Positions 1 through 12,478 of a stretch of 64,000 nt of DNA are shown in pieces. Source of the DNA: an uncultured delta proteobacterium (lineage in GTDB: Bacteria > Myxococcota > Myxococcia > Myxococcales > Myxococcaceae); contig CAVZMH010000022.1 in NCBI GenBank assembly GCA_963776345.1, positions 64,001-128,000 on the forward strand, read 5' to 3'. Each line of letters starts with the position of its first letter. The stretch's first letter is position 1. The notes below the pieces were generated by a model. The model was not told where the DNA came from and searched no databases. It was given only the letters and a program-made list of their open reading frames with translations. The position numbers were made by a program, and so were the translations under genes.

Positions 1-2374
1 GGGACGAGACCAGCGCATTCAGGGACGGCTGGCTGGTGAGTCCGGCCATCGGGGCCAGCGCGCAGTCCACGATGTGCACCCCGTGGTCGATCGCCTCGAG
101 GTACGCGGCGATCCCGTTGCCCGAGGTGTCGTGGGTGTGGAGGTGGATCGGCAGCCGCACCGTCTCCCGCAGCCGGTCCAGCAACATCCCCGCGGCCCGC
201 GGCCGGAGCAGGCCGGCCATGTCCTTGATGCAGAGGAAGTGCGCGCCCAGGTCCTCGATCCGCCGCGCCAGGTCGGCGTAGTAGTCGAGGTTGTACTTGG
301 GCCGCTTCTCGTTCGAGACGTCGCCGGTGTAGCACATGGCCACCTCGGCGACCTTCCCGGACTTCCGGATGCGCCGGACCGAGACATCCATCGACTCGAG
401 GTCATTCAGCGAGTCGAACACCCGGAACACGTCCAGGCCCGCCTCGGCCGCCTCGTCGATGAACGCCTCGACCAGGTTGTCCGGATAGCTGGTGTAGCCG
501 ACCGCGTTGGCGCCGCGGATCAGCATCTGGAGGAGGAGGTTCGGCACCGCGGCCCGGAGCGCCCGGAGTCGCGCCCAGGGGTCCTCGTTCAGGAAGCGGT
601 ACGCGGTGTCGAAGGTGGCGCCCCCCCAGCACTCCAGGCTGAACAGCTCGGGGGCCAGCTTCGCCGTCGCCGGGGCGATCTTCAGCAGATCACGGGTCCT
701 CACCCGCGTGGCGAGCAGGCTCTGGTGCGCGTCGCGCATGGTGGTGTCGGTCACCAGCGTCCGGTTCTGCCGGAGCACCCAGGCCGCCAGCCCGTCCGCC
801 CCGTGCTCGTCCAGGATCTGCTTCGTCCCCGGCAAGGGCGGACCCTGCGGAACCGGGGGGAGACGCGGCGGCGCGAACTCCACCGAGCGCCGGCGCTGCT
901 CGGCCTTGATCGTGGGGTGGCCGTTGACGATGACCTCGCCCAGGTACTGGAGCAGCTTGGTGGCGCGGTCCCGCCGCCGCTCCGGCGCGAAGAGCTCCGG
1001 CGCGTCGTCCACCCACCGGGTGAAGGTCTCACCGTTCCGGAAGGTCTCGGTGCCGAGCACGTTCTCCAGGAACGAGAGGTTGGTCTTCACCCCACGGATC
1101 CGGAACTCGCGCAGCGCCCGCAGCCCCTTCTGGATGGCGCCCTCGAAGCTCGGGGCGAAGGCGATGATCTTCACCAGCAGCGAGTCGTAGAACCGGCTGA
1201 TCTGCGCGTTGGGGTAGCCGTTCCCGCCGTCCAGCCGGATGCCGAACCCGGTGGCCGGCCGCCAGGCGAGGATGGTCCCCGCGTCGGGCAGGAAGTTGTT
1301 CGCCGGATCCTCGGTGGTGACCCGGAGCTGGATCGCCGAGCCGCGCGGCACGATGGAGGACTGGTCGGCGATGCCGATCTCCGGATCGGACAGCCGGTGC
1401 CCCTCGGCGATGCGCAGCTGGGCCTGCACCAGGTCGATGCCGGTGATCTGCTCGCTGATGGTGTGCTCCACCTGGAGCCGGGCGTTGACCTCGATGAAGT
1501 AGATGTCCTCGCCCTCGACCAGGAACTCCACCGTGCCGGCGTTGCTGTACTCGGCGGCGCGCATCAGCGTGAGTGCCGCGTCGAACAGCTTCTTTCGCGT
1601 CCGGTCCAGGAGGTTGGGCGCCGGGGCGATCTCGATCAGCTTCTGGTACCGGCGCTGCACCGAGCAGTCCCGCTCGTGCACGTGCACCAGGGTTCCGTGC
1701 TGGTCGCCGAGGACCTGCACCTCGATGTGCCGGACCCGGTCCAGGTACTTTTCCAGGAAGACCGCCGGGCTGCCGAAGGCCAGCTTCGACTCGCTCCGCG
1801 CCGCGGCGATGGCCGCCTCCATGTCCCCCGCCTGGTGCACCACCCGCATGCCGCGGCCGCCGCCGCCGTGGGCCGCCTTCACCAGCACCGGGCCGTTCTT
1901 CTCGTGGAAGGCGCCGGCCGCTCGCACCACCTCCTCCTCCCGGCCCTCCAGCGTGATGCCGGGCACCACCGGCACCCCCACCCGCTGGGCGAGGCTCTTC
2001 GCCGCGACCTTGTCCCCCATCAGCCGCACCACCGAGGGGCGCGGGCCGATGAAGCGGACGCCGCGCCGCGCGCAGGCCTCGGCGAAGTCGCCGTTCTCCG
2101 AGAGGAACCCGTAGCCGGGATGGATGGCATCGGCCCCGGAGGCCTGCGCGACGTCGAGGATCTCCTCGATGCCGAGGTAGGCCTCGACCGGACGCTTGCC
2201 GCGGCCGACCAGGTACGCCTCGTCGGCCTTGTGCCGGTGCTCGTTGACCCGGTCCTCGTCGCTGTAGATGGCGACGGTCCGAATCCCCAGCTCGTTGCAC
2301 GCCCGGAAGACGCGGATGGCGATCTCCCCGCGGTTCGCGCAGAGGACCTTCTGGAGGGGAACGGGGCGGTTCAT
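1..2374 (-). CDS. pyc: Pyruvate carboxylase (3' end runs off the window)
   Basis: Own translation from ATG 2374: MNRPVPLQKVLCANRGEIAIRVFRACNELGIRTVAIYSDED (biotin carboxylase N-terminus). The carboxyltransferase motif LPIHLHTHDTSG lies near the window start. Not in the ORF track because it is open at the edge. Confidence 0.93.
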   Translation of the reverse strand, partial: MNRPVPLQKVLCANRGEIAIRVFRACNELGIRTVAIYSDEDRVNEHRHKADEAYLVGRGKRPVEAYLGIEEILDVAQASGADAIHPGYGFLSENGDFAEACARRGVRFIGPRPSVVRLMGDKVAAKSLAQRVGVPVVPGITLEGREEEVVRAAGAFHEKNGPVLVKAAHGGGGRGMRVVHQAGDMEAAIAAARSESKLAFGSPAVFLEKYLDRVRHIEVQVLGDQHGTLVHVHERDCSVQRRYQKLIEIAPAPNLLDRTRKKLFDAALTLMRAAEYSNAGTVEFLVEGEDIYFIEVNARLQVEHTISEQITGIDLVQAQLRIAEGHRLSDPEIGIADQSSIVPRGSAIQLRVTTEDPANNFLPDAGTILAWRPATGFGIRLDGGNGYPNAQISRFYDSLLVKIIAFAPSFEGAIQKGLRALREFRIRGVKTNLSFLENVLGTETFRNGETFTRWVDDAPELFAPERRRDRATKLLQYLGEVIVNGHPTIKAEQRRRSVEFAPPRLPPVPQGPPLPGTKQILDEHGADGLAAWVLRQNRTLVTDTTMRDAHQSLLATRVRTRDLLKIAPATAKLAPELFSLECWGGATFDTAYRFLNEDPWARLRALRAAVPNLLLQMLIRGANAVGYTSYPDNLVEAFIDEAAEAGLDVFRVFDSLNDLESMDVSVRRIRKSGKVAEVAMCYTGDVSNEKRPKYNLDYYADLARRIEDLGAHFLCIKDMAGLLRPRAAGMLLDRLRETVRLPIHLHTHDTSGNGIAAYLEAIDHGVHIVDCALAPMAGLTSQPSLNALVSS

Positions 2375-2646
2375 GGGGCCGCCCCGAGACTAGGACTTTC
2401 CGTGCAGCCGGGCTGGAGGTCCCGGGTTACCCGCCTGCGCGATGTGGACAGTCGCCCGCGGCGACGTCCAGCAGGGCCCGGATCGGTCCCCGGGCGCGGC
2501 CCTCGGCCGTCCGAATTCCCGTGAAGTTTTCGTGAAGTGCGCGGCCCGGCGTGGGACCTAGGTCCCATCGGCGCTCCTCCGAGGCGGAGTTACGGTGCCC
2601 ACGGTCGCCGCGGAGTCTCCGGGGCTTCCCGGGTAGGAGCGTCACC

Positions 2647-3589
2647 ATGGAAGCGTCGCACGAGAAGTACGACCAGCTGATCGCCCGCTGCAAGGGGCTC
2701 GCGCCCACGCCGACCGCGGTCGTCCACCCGTGCGACGAATCGTCCCTCAGGGGCGCGGTCGACGCGGCCCGCGTGGGGCTGATCGCGCCGATCCTGGTCG
2801 GGCCCTCGGCGCGCATCCGCGAGGTGGCGTCGAAGGCGGGCATCGACATCTCGAAGTTCCGCATCGTCGAGGCGGCGTTCAGCCAGGAGTCCGCGGCCAA
2901 GGCGGTCGAGCTGGTCCGGAACGCCGAGGCCGAGGCCCTGATGAAGGGCAGCCTCCACACCGACGAGCTGATGGCCGCGGTGGTGAACAAGGAGACGGGC
3001 CTGCGCACCGCGCGCCGGATCAGCCACTGCTTCATCATGGACGTGCCGGGTCACGCCGAACCCGCTGATCATCACCGACGCCGCGGTGAACATCGCCCCG
3101 AGCCTGAAGGACAAGGTCGACATCGTGCAGAACGCGATCGACCTCGCGCACGACCTCGGGGCCGCCGAGGTCCGGGTGGCGATCCTCTCGGCGATGGAGA
3201 CGGTCAACCCCGACGTCCCCTCGACCATCGAGGCCGCCGCGCTCTGCAAGATGGCGGACCGGGGGCAGATCACCGGCGCCCTGGTGGACGGGCCGCTGGC
3301 GCTGGACAACGCCATCAGCCCCGAGGCGGCGAAGATCAAGAAGATCGATTCACCGGTGGCGGGCCGGGCCAACGTCCTGGTGGTGCCGGACCTCGAGGCG
3401 GGCAACATGCTCGCCAAGAGCCTCACCTTCCTCGCCGGCGCCGACGCCGCGGGCATCGTGCTCGGCGCCCGGGTGCCGATCATCCTCACCAGCCGCGCCG
3501 ACTCGCTGGTGGCGCGGCTCGCCTCGTGCGCGGTGGCGACGCTGGTGGCCAACGCGCGGCGGACCAGCACCAAGCGAGCGGTGGGGTGA
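2647..3589 (+). CDS. pta: Phosphate acetyl/butyryltransferase, frameshifted near 3060
   Basis: SD GGAG then MEASHEKY..; motifs ALMKGSLHT, RRISH, then in the shifted frame NIAP, DGPLALDNA, VPDLEAGNML, ILTSRAD. Adjacent to ackA. Confidence 0.85.
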
Positions 3590-3593
3590 CGCC

Positions 3594-4779
3594 ATGGCCC
3601 AGGCCATCCTCGTCCTGAACGCCGGTTCGTCCAGCCTCAAGTTCTCCGTCTTCCTCGCCCGCGGCGCCGAGCTGGAGCTGTGGCTCCGGGGCCAGGCCGA
3701 GGGCCTCTACACCGTCGCCAAAGTTCGTGGCGAAGGACGCGGCGGGGAAGGGCGTCTCCGAGCGGAGCTGGAAGGACGGTGAGTCCATCGGGCACGCGGG
3801 AGCCATCGCCCACCTCATCGAGTTCCTCCGGAGCAGCCGCGGCGACAACCGGCTGGTGGCGATCGGTCACCGCGTGGTCCATGGGGGCATGGAGTACTCC
3901 GAGCCCACCCGGGTGACCCGCGAGGTGGTCCAGAGGCTGGAGAAGTTCGTCCCGCTGGCGCCGCTTCACCAGCCGCACAACCTCGGGCCCATCCGCTACG
4001 TGCTCGAGGAGTTGCCGGCGGTGCCCCAGGTGGCCTGCTTCGACACCGGTTTCCACCGCGTGCAGCCCGAGCTCGCACAGGCCTTCGCGCTGCCCGCGTC
4101 GATCACCGACCGCGGCGTGCGCCGCTACGGGTTCCACGGGCTCTCCTACGAGTACATCGCCAGCGCCCTGCCGAAGATCGATCCGCAGGCGGCCGCCGGC
4201 CGGGTGGTGGTGGCCCACCTCGGGAACGGCGCGAGCATGTGCGGCATCCACGCCGGCAAGAGTGTGGCCAGCACCATGGGGTTCACCGCGGTGGATGGGC
4301 TGCCGATGGGCACCCGCTCGGGCGCGCTCGATCCCGGGGTGATGCTCTACCTGCTCGACGAGCTGAAGATGGACGCCCGGGCCATCGAGAAGCTCATCTA
4401 CCAGGAGTCCGGCCTGCTCGGCGTCTCGGGCATCTCCAGCGACATGCGCGCGCTGCTGGCAAGCGATGCACCGCGCGCCCGGCTCGCCGTGGACCTGTTC
4501 GTCTACCGCATCGGCCGGGAGCTCGGCTCGCTCGCCGCGGCGCTCGGCGGGCTGGACGCGCTGGTCTTCACCGGGGGCATCGGGGAGCACGCGGTGCCGA
4601 TCCGCGAACGGGTGTGCCAGCGCGCGGAGTGGCTCGGCATCTCGCTCGATCCGCAGGCCAACGCCGCCGGCGGCCCGCGCATCAGCCTCGCCCGTAGCCG
4701 GTTGCCCGCCTACGTCATTCCCACCAACGAGGAGCTGATGATCGCGCGCCACACCCGGCGCCTGATCCTCGACTCCTGA
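3594..4779 (+). CDS. ackA: Acetate/propionate kinase, frameshifted near 3720
   Basis: ILVLNAGSSSLKF; GHRVVHGG, APLHQP, FDTGFH, RRYGFHGLSY, HLGNGAS, FTGGIGE, PTNEELMIA. Confidence 0.92.
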
Positions 4780-4891
4780 GAGGGCAGGCCATGGACGCCA
4801 AGGCCAAGAAGCCCCAGGCCTGGCGGGGATTCGTGCCCGGCGCGGGCGTGCAGGTGGCCGTGACCTGAAGTGCCGAAAGGCCGCCGCCAGT

Positions 4892-4956
4892 CCCCCCGGC
4901 GGTGGCCCCCCCGGTTGGTGCGCTCTCCCCAGGCCGCACCGCCGGGGGTTTTTCTT
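4892..4956 (+). terminator. Probable intrinsic terminator after ackA
   Basis: CCCCCGGCGGTG ... CACCGCCGGGGG stem followed by TTTTTCTT. Confidence 0.55.
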
Positions 4957-5116
4957 GGCTGCTCGGACTCGCCGCCCCGTCTTTCCGCGGGTTTCGAGGT
5001 GTCTGACACCTCCGCGCGGCCTCCGCGCGACGCTCGCGGCCCACGGCTGCACCCGCCGGGAAGATCTCCCGCCTGGACGACAAGTTCCACGGATGGGGCA
5101 GTCGAGGAGCCGGGCC

Positions 5117-7839
5117 ATGCAGTCGTTGCTGCCGTACCAGGACACCCTGCTGCGCACCCCGCCCGGACCGCCGGCGCAGGTGCTGGCCGAGGGCACGGTG
5201 CTCGCCGGGCGCTTCGAGCTGCGGCGCTTCATCGCCCGCGGCGGCATGGGCGTGGTCTACGAGGCCGAGGACCGCATGCTCCGCGCCCGCGTCGCGGTGA
5301 AGGTCCTCCTCGGGGCGGTGCCCGACGCCGAGGAGCGCATCCGTCGCGAGGTGCTCCTGGCCCGCGCCGTGGCCCACCCCAACGTCTGCCGGGTCTACGA
5401 GCTCTTCGCCCACACTTGCGAGGCGGGCCAGCTGCTCTTCCTGGTGATGGAGCTCCTCGAGGGCGAGACGCTCACCGCGGCCATCGCCCGGCGCGGGCGC
5501 TTCCGGCCCGACGAGGCCGAACCGCTCCTCCGCCAGATGGCCGCGGCGCTCGAGGCCGCGCACGCGCACGGGGTGCTCCACCGCGACTTCAAGAGCAGCA
5601 ACGTCCTCCTCGTCCCTCAGGCGCACGGACGCACGCGGGTGGTGATCACCGACTTCGGCGTCGCCCGCGCGGTGCGGGAGGGACAGAGCGTGCTCACCGG
5701 CAGCGGGAGCTACGTCGGGACCCCGGCCTACATGGCCCCGGAGCAGGCCTCGGGTTCTCCGCTGGGGCCGGGCGCGGACGTCTACTCGCTGGGGGTGGTC
5801 GCCTACGAGATGCTCACCGGCGAGCTCCCGTTCACCGACACGCCGGTCGGCCCGGACGCGGTGCGCGCCCGGCGCCCGCGGATCTCGCCCGGAGCAGCCT
5901 CGAGCTCCCGGATGCCTGGCGCAGGGCACTGGCGCGCGCGCTCGCGCCGTCGGTGGAGGATCGCTGCCCCACGCCCGAGGACTTCGTGCGCCTCCTCTGC
6001 GGCGACCGCATCCGCACGCTCCGAGCTCGCCGCCGTGCCGGTCGCGCGCTGACCCTCGGGCTCGGCTGTCTCCTGGCGCTCGGCGTCGGCGGCGGGGCGG
6101 CGGTGCTGCTCCGGGGCCAGCTCGCGCCGGCGCGCGCGGTGCTCGCGTCGACTCCTTCGAGCTGGGCGCCGGCGGAACCGGCCGCGGCCCGCGCCTGGCG
6201 GAGCGCGCTCCTCCGGCTCGACGCCAGCGACAACCTGGGCGCGGCCACCGAGCTCCGGCGGGTGACCGCGCTCGCCCCGGAGTTCGTCCTGGCGCGCGCC
6301 GAGCTGGCCCACGCCCTCGACCGCGCCGGCTTCTCCGCCGAGGCGCGCGACACCGCCCGCTTCGCCTTCGAGTCCGCGGGCGTGCTCCCCGAGCAGCAGC
6401 GCATGGCGGTGGAGGCCCAGCATCGCGCGCTCTCCGGGGAGCAGGAACGCGCCGCCGGGCTCTGGGGAACGCTCTTCGACCTCTATCCTCACGACGTCCG
6501 GCTCGGCGTGCGCCTGGCCTCGGTGCAGTCCGGCGACGCGCGGAGGGCCACGCTGGTTCGCCTCCAGCGGCTCCCCACCACGCCGCTCGAGGCCGCGTCC
6601 ATCGACTGGGTGGTCTACGCCGGCGCCTTCGACGACGGGCAGCTCGGGCTCGCCGACGCCGCGCTGGCCCGGGTGGCGGACCGGGCCCGGGCGCTCGGCC
6701 TCTCCACGCTCGAGGCGAGCGCGGCCTTCGAGCGCGCCGCCGTGGCGCTGGAGCGCGAGGACACCGACGCCGCGGACCGGCTCCACGCCGAGGCGATGCG
6801 CGCCGGCGCCGGCTCGGAGTGGGCCTGGCGCGCGGCGAAGGACCGGGCCATCACCCTCCGCTACGACCGGCCGCTCGCGGACGTGAGCGCCTGGTTGCAG
6901 CAGGCGGTGGACGGCGCACGCCGGGCGGGGGACGCGCGGCTCCTCGCCGACGTGCTCTGGGACCTGGCGCCGCTGCAGCTCGCGCGGGGGAACCTCCCGG
7001 AGGCCGAGGCCGCGGCGCAGGAGGCCGAGGCGCTCGACCGCCCCCGTCCTCCCGAGTCGCGGTCGCGCGGCGCGCTCACCCGCATGTACCAGTGGCGGGA
7101 GCAGTCCCGCCTCCACCTCGCCCGGGGCGCGCTGGCCGAGGCGGCGCGGCTGGCCGAGCAGGCACAGGAGGAGAACGCCCGCGTCGAGAACAAGGGCTTC
7201 CGGGTGCTGCCCTACCTGGCAGACGTGCTGCGTGCGCAGGGGAAGAGCGAGCGCGCGGCGGATCTCCTGGCGGGGGCGATCAACGAGAAGGGCCTCCCCA
7301 CCTTCATCCAGGGCCGGGTGCTCGTGCAGCGGGCCAACCTCCTGCTCGACCTGGGCCGGGTGGCGGAGGCGCGGCGGCTCTTCGAGCAGGCACGGCCCGC
7401 GCACCGCACCCGCTTCGACGAGGCCTGGGCGGCGCTGGTCCAGGCCCGGCTGCTGCGCCTCGAGGGACGTCCCGCCTCCGCCCGGCTCGAGGCGACGCGG
7501 GCGAGCTCCGTCGCCGAGTCGAACGGGTTCTTCGAGCCGGCGGTCCTGGCTCAGCTGGAGCTGGCCCGGTCCGAGGCCGCACTCGGGCTCGACGCCCGAC
7601 CCCGCGTGCTCGACGCGCGCCGCCGCGCCGCGCAGGCCGGCGTGGTGCCGCTCCGGCTGGAGGCGGAGCTGGCGCTCGGCGAGGTGCTCTCGCCGGCCGA
7701 CGCCTCGGCCCCGCGGGTGCTGGCCGCGCTGGCCCACGACGCGAACTCGCGCGGCTTCCTCCGGATCGCCGCGGGGGCGCGCCGCGTCCTCCAGGGGCCC
7801 CCGTCTCTCCAGCTCGCCTCGCGGCCCGCTTCCCGCTAA
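5117..7839 (+). CDS. Hanks-type Ser/Thr protein kinase with TM helix and TPR-like extracytoplasmic region, frameshifted near 5885
   Basis: GAGGAG SD; RGGMGVVY, VAVK, HRDFKSSN, DFG, GTPAYMAPE. The tail (TM LTLGLGCLLALGVGGGAAVLL plus helical repeats) is in the ORF ending at 7839. Confidence 0.85.
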
Positions 7840-7853
7840 GGAAGTGGGAGCCG

Positions 7854-8873
7854 ATGTCCACGCACCCCGCTCCAGAGGTCACGGGCTTCGTCGACGTGAC
7901 CTTCACCGTCGAGCCCAACTACGCCGGCTGGCGGCTGGACCTCTACCTCTGTGAGAAGATTCGCCGTCTGTCGCGCACCCGGGTGCAGCGCATCCTCGAG
8001 CGGAGCCTGGTCGCCGATCGGCCACTGAAGCCCAGCACCCGCGTCCACCCCGGGCTCACCTTCACCCTCCGCCGCCGCGCACAGGCCGAGCCCGCGGTGC
8101 CCGAGGACGTCGTCGAGCTGCACCTCGACGCGCACCTCCTGGTGCTGGAGAAGCCCGCCGGCCTCCCCATCCACCCCACCGCCCGCTACCACCACAACAC
8201 CCTGGTGAAGCTGCTCGAGCGTAAGCACGGCCCGGGCCTCCGCGCCGACCCCGCGCACCGGCTCGACCGCGAGACCTCCGGGCTACTCGTCTGCGGCCGC
8301 GGCGCCGACGCCTCCCGGGCGCTGATGCGCGCCTTCCAGTCCGGCGACGTCCACAAGGAGTACCTGGCCATCGTCGAGGGGCACCCGCCGGACGCGTTCG
8401 CCGTCGACGCGCCCATCGCCGAGGGGACCGCCGAGGTGCGCATCGCCGTCCGCATCGACCCCCGCGCCGGCAAGCCCGCCCGGACGCGCTTCCTGGTCGA
8501 GCGCCGGTTCGACCGCGACGGCGCTCCCTTCGCCCTCCTGCGCTGCTTTCCCGAGACCGGGCGTCAGCACCAGATCCGGATCCACGCCCGCGAGGCCGGC
8601 TTCCCCCTGGTGGGGGACAAGATCTACGGCCCCGATCCGGGCTACTTCGACCGCTTCAGCAGGCGCTGCCTCGAGCCCGAGGCCTGGACGCGCCTCCGCC
8701 TCCCCCGCCACGCGCTCCACGCCGCCCGGCTCGCCTTCCCACATCCGGCCACCGGCGAACGCCTGATCTTCGAGTCGCCGCTGCCGCCGGATCTGTCGGA
8801 TTTCTGCCCAGCCGGACGGGGGTCGGGCGAGGTGGGCAAAACGTCCATGTCCCCGCTCCTGACCGCCGCCTGA
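7854..8873 (+). CDS. RluA/RluD-family pseudouridine synthase
   Basis: RLDLYL S4-like start, KPAGLPIHP, HRLDRETSG, TGRQHQIRIH, GDKIYG, ALHAARL. Confidence 0.9.
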   Translation: MSTHPAPEVTGFVDVTFTVEPNYAGWRLDLYLCEKIRRLSRTRVQRILERSLVADRPLKPSTRVHPGLTFTLRRRAQAEPAVPEDVVELHLDAHLLVLEKPAGLPIHPTARYHHNTLVKLLERKHGPGLRADPAHRLDRETSGLLVCGRGADASRALMRAFQSGDVHKEYLAIVEGHPPDAFAVDAPIAEGTAEVRIAVRIDPRAGKPARTRFLVERRFDRDGAPFALLRCFPETGRQHQIRIHAREAGFPLVGDKIYGPDPGYFDRFSRRCLEPEAWTRLRLPRHALHAARLAFPHPATGERLIFESPLPPDLSDFCPAGRGSGEVGKTSMSPLLTAA

Positions 8874-8929
8874 CCGCCCGGGGTCACCCACTTGCAGTGC
8901 AGGGCGCCCGGACGCGATCCTCTAGGTCA

Positions 8930-10189
<1,260 letters not shown>

Positions 10190-10314
10190 GCGCGGCCCCG
10201 GACGGCGCCATCCCCCTCGGAATGCTCCAGGGGGCAGCCGGCTGACCTGGGTTCGAGCATCTCCGGCGGTGGACCGACGAGCCCTGGCGGCGCTCCCGGA
10301 GGCGTCGAAACAAG

Positions 10315-10379
10315 TCAGGAAGGTCACCTGTCTATTTCGAAGAAATGGTCAGGTGCGTTTCCTGTCTTCTCGACCCCTC
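10315..10379 (+). repeat. 65-bp palindromic REP-like element, copy A
   Basis: 57/65 identical to the reverse complement of 12479-12543; internal hairpin CACCTGTCTATTTC..GAAATGGTCAGGTG. Confidence 0.85.
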
Positions 10380-10435
10380 GAGCGCGGGCGTCCCGCGCCG
10401 CCCGGCCGAGCGCCCGGTCCACCCAGGAGGCTCCG

Positions 10436-10937
10436 ATGCACCCCGGTCTCGCCCTCGCCCTCGTGCTCCTCGGAGCGCCCCACCGAGTTCGAGGCCGCCG
10501 TGCACGGGGACACCGCGGTGACGACCTACGTCGCCGACGAGGACGAGACCTTCCACGGGGCCAGGATCCACTCCCGCTACCGGATGAGCGAGACCTGGGT
10601 GAAGCGCGAGGGAACCTGGAAGCTGGTCGCCAGCCTGGTGCTCGCCCTGCGCTCGGATCCCCCCGCGCGGCCCACCACCGCCGAGCAGCGCCGCGCATTC
10701 TGCGGCCGCTACGCGCTCGGAGACCTCACCTACGTCGTCCAGTGCGAGGCCGGCGGTCTGAGCGGCGGACAGGCCGGGCGCCCCCCGAAGCGGCTGGAGC
10801 TCGAGTCGCCGGACGTCTTCTTCGTCCCCGGCGAACCACGGACGCGTCGCTTCTTCCAGCGAGATGCAGCGGGCCGCGTCAATGGATTTGTCGAACGGCG
10901 GGAGTCCTGGGACCTCTTCTGGAAGCGCATCGGCTGA
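10436..10937 (+). pseudogene. Secreted NTF2-like (DUF4440-type) protein remnant with C-terminal beta domain; frameshift/deletion right after the signal peptide
   Basis: AGGAGG SD + MHPGLALALVLLGAP, then frame change to TEFEAAVHGDTAVTTY...ETWVKREGTWKLVAS, which is the C-terminal half of an NTF2-like fold. Confidence 0.55.
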
Positions 10938-11087
10938 CCGGCGCGCCTCGCCGAGGCGTCACCCCCCCGTGGTACCTCGCTCGCTCAGGAGAGGCGTCAC
11001 GGTTCCCCCATCCGAGGTCCGCGTTCGCCGCCGGTTCGCGCCCGGCGGCCGGCCAGCGCCCCCGCCTCGCCCGGCCCGGGGCCGCTG

Positions 11088-11660
11088 ATGGGCGAGGACC
11101 ATCGCACCGATCCTGACCCGCGGCCCGCGTTGCCGAGCGCCCCCCGCGCGCCCGAGCTGTGGGTGGTGATCGAGGTGCCCGAGCCGGTGCGCAGCGAGGT
11201 GCTCGCGGTCCGTCGCATCGTGAGCCGGACCAGCCAGAAGATCCCGGTGGGCATCGGGTCGGTGGGCCCGCTCCCGCCCCAGGATCTCGCCGACGTCCGC
11301 CGCATCCTCGACGCCGTGGGCGAGGAGACCGGCCCGATCATCGGCCGGTTCGTGGGGCTCCGCCGGTTCCCGCAGACCCGCTACGTCTACCTCGCGCCCG
11401 ATGACGAGCTGGCGACCTCGCTGCTCATCCTCCAGGACCGGCTGGTGGAGTTCGGGCTGAAGCTCGCCCCGGACGTGTACCAGGCCACGCCGCACGCGGT
11501 GATCGGCCGCGTCCCGCCCGAGGCCGAGCTGGAGGTCGCCGCCGGAGCGCGCGCCCTCGTTCCCTCGCCGACGTTCCGGATGACCACCATGGCGCTCTGG
11601 AGCCTCGCCGACCACGACGCGAGCTGCCTGCACCGGGTGCGCCTCAGCGGCGTGCTCTGA
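11088..11660 (+). CDS. 2H-phosphoesterase / 2'-5' RNA ligase-like protein (degenerate)
   Basis: LWVVIEVPEPVRSEV start, YQATPHAVIGRV second-motif-like region, length ~190 aa. Confidence 0.5.
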   Translation: MGEDHRTDPDPRPALPSAPRAPELWVVIEVPEPVRSEVLAVRRIVSRTSQKIPVGIGSVGPLPPQDLADVRRILDAVGEETGPIIGRFVGLRRFPQTRYVYLAPDDELATSLLILQDRLVEFGLKLAPDVYQATPHAVIGRVPPEAELEVAAGARALVPSPTFRMTTMALWSLADHDASCLHRVRLSGVL

Positions 11661-11957
11661 AAGCGCCCGTGGTGGCGGGCGGGCCGCCGTCGCCTCGACC
11701 TCGACACCAGATCCCTGCGCGGGGCGGCGGCGAGCCTGGAGCGCCGCGTCGTGACCTGGCTCCCTCGAGGTGGGGAGGCCTGGCTTCCGTCCTTGGCGGA
11801 GTGGACCCGAGGGTCTGGAGCGACCACCACGACGAATCGCGGGGATGCATCGTCGCCCAGATGGAAACGGAGCGCCCCTTCGGTCTGGAGGGACGGCAGC
11901 AACACATGGTACGAGAGGTGCCGCTCTTCTCGGTTTGCGAGCGTTGGGGGTGAGCCG

Positions 11958-12326
11958 GTGAAGCAGGACGTGGTGCTGGTGGCGTCGGAGGACGCCGAGA
12001 CGCGCCAGGAGCTCGCGGAGCGCCTGGACTGGGACGACGTCCCCTTCCACCTCGCGTCCTCGGCGCACGAGACGCTGAGCATCGTCGGCCAGCTCCCGGC
12101 GGGCACCCGGCTCTTCGTGGTGCTCGACTTCGAGCGTCGCCCCCGCGCCCGGGTGATGGACGCCCTCCGTGCCCGCGCCGACCTCGAGGTGCAGCTGCTC
12201 CTGCTCCACGACGCGCAGGAGGACGGGCTCAGCGACGACAAGGTGGTGGAGCACGTGCGCCGCCCGGCGGTGCCCGGCTACCTCTACAGCCTGGTCGAGC
12301 GGCACGCGAACGGCGCCGTCGCCTGA
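11958..12326 (+). CDS. Degenerate single receiver-like domain protein
   Basis: VVLVASEDAETRQELAERL...VVLDF; CheY-like size and pattern with non-canonical residues. Confidence 0.45.
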   Translation: MKQDVVLVASEDAETRQELAERLDWDDVPFHLASSAHETLSIVGQLPAGTRLFVVLDFERRPRARVMDALRARADLEVQLLLLHDAQEDGLSDDKVVEHVRRPAVPGYLYSLVERHANGAVA

Positions 12327-12478
12327 GCGCCGGCGGGGCTCCCTGCGATCGGCTCTCGTTGGGGAGGTCTCGTTCGGGGTTCCGGTACCACCGCGGACGA
12401 GGAAGTGCTCCCGGCGCGCGGACATCGGAGTAGCGGCAGCCCGAGGCCCGCTGCCCCGGCCGCCCTGCGCCTCGGCCT

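Noticed and set aside
74..2524. 816-aa plus-strand ORF and the many other long Arg/Gly/Pro-rich ORFs in the track
   Set aside because: Shadow frames of real genes in high-GC DNA; the true gene here is pyc on the minus strand
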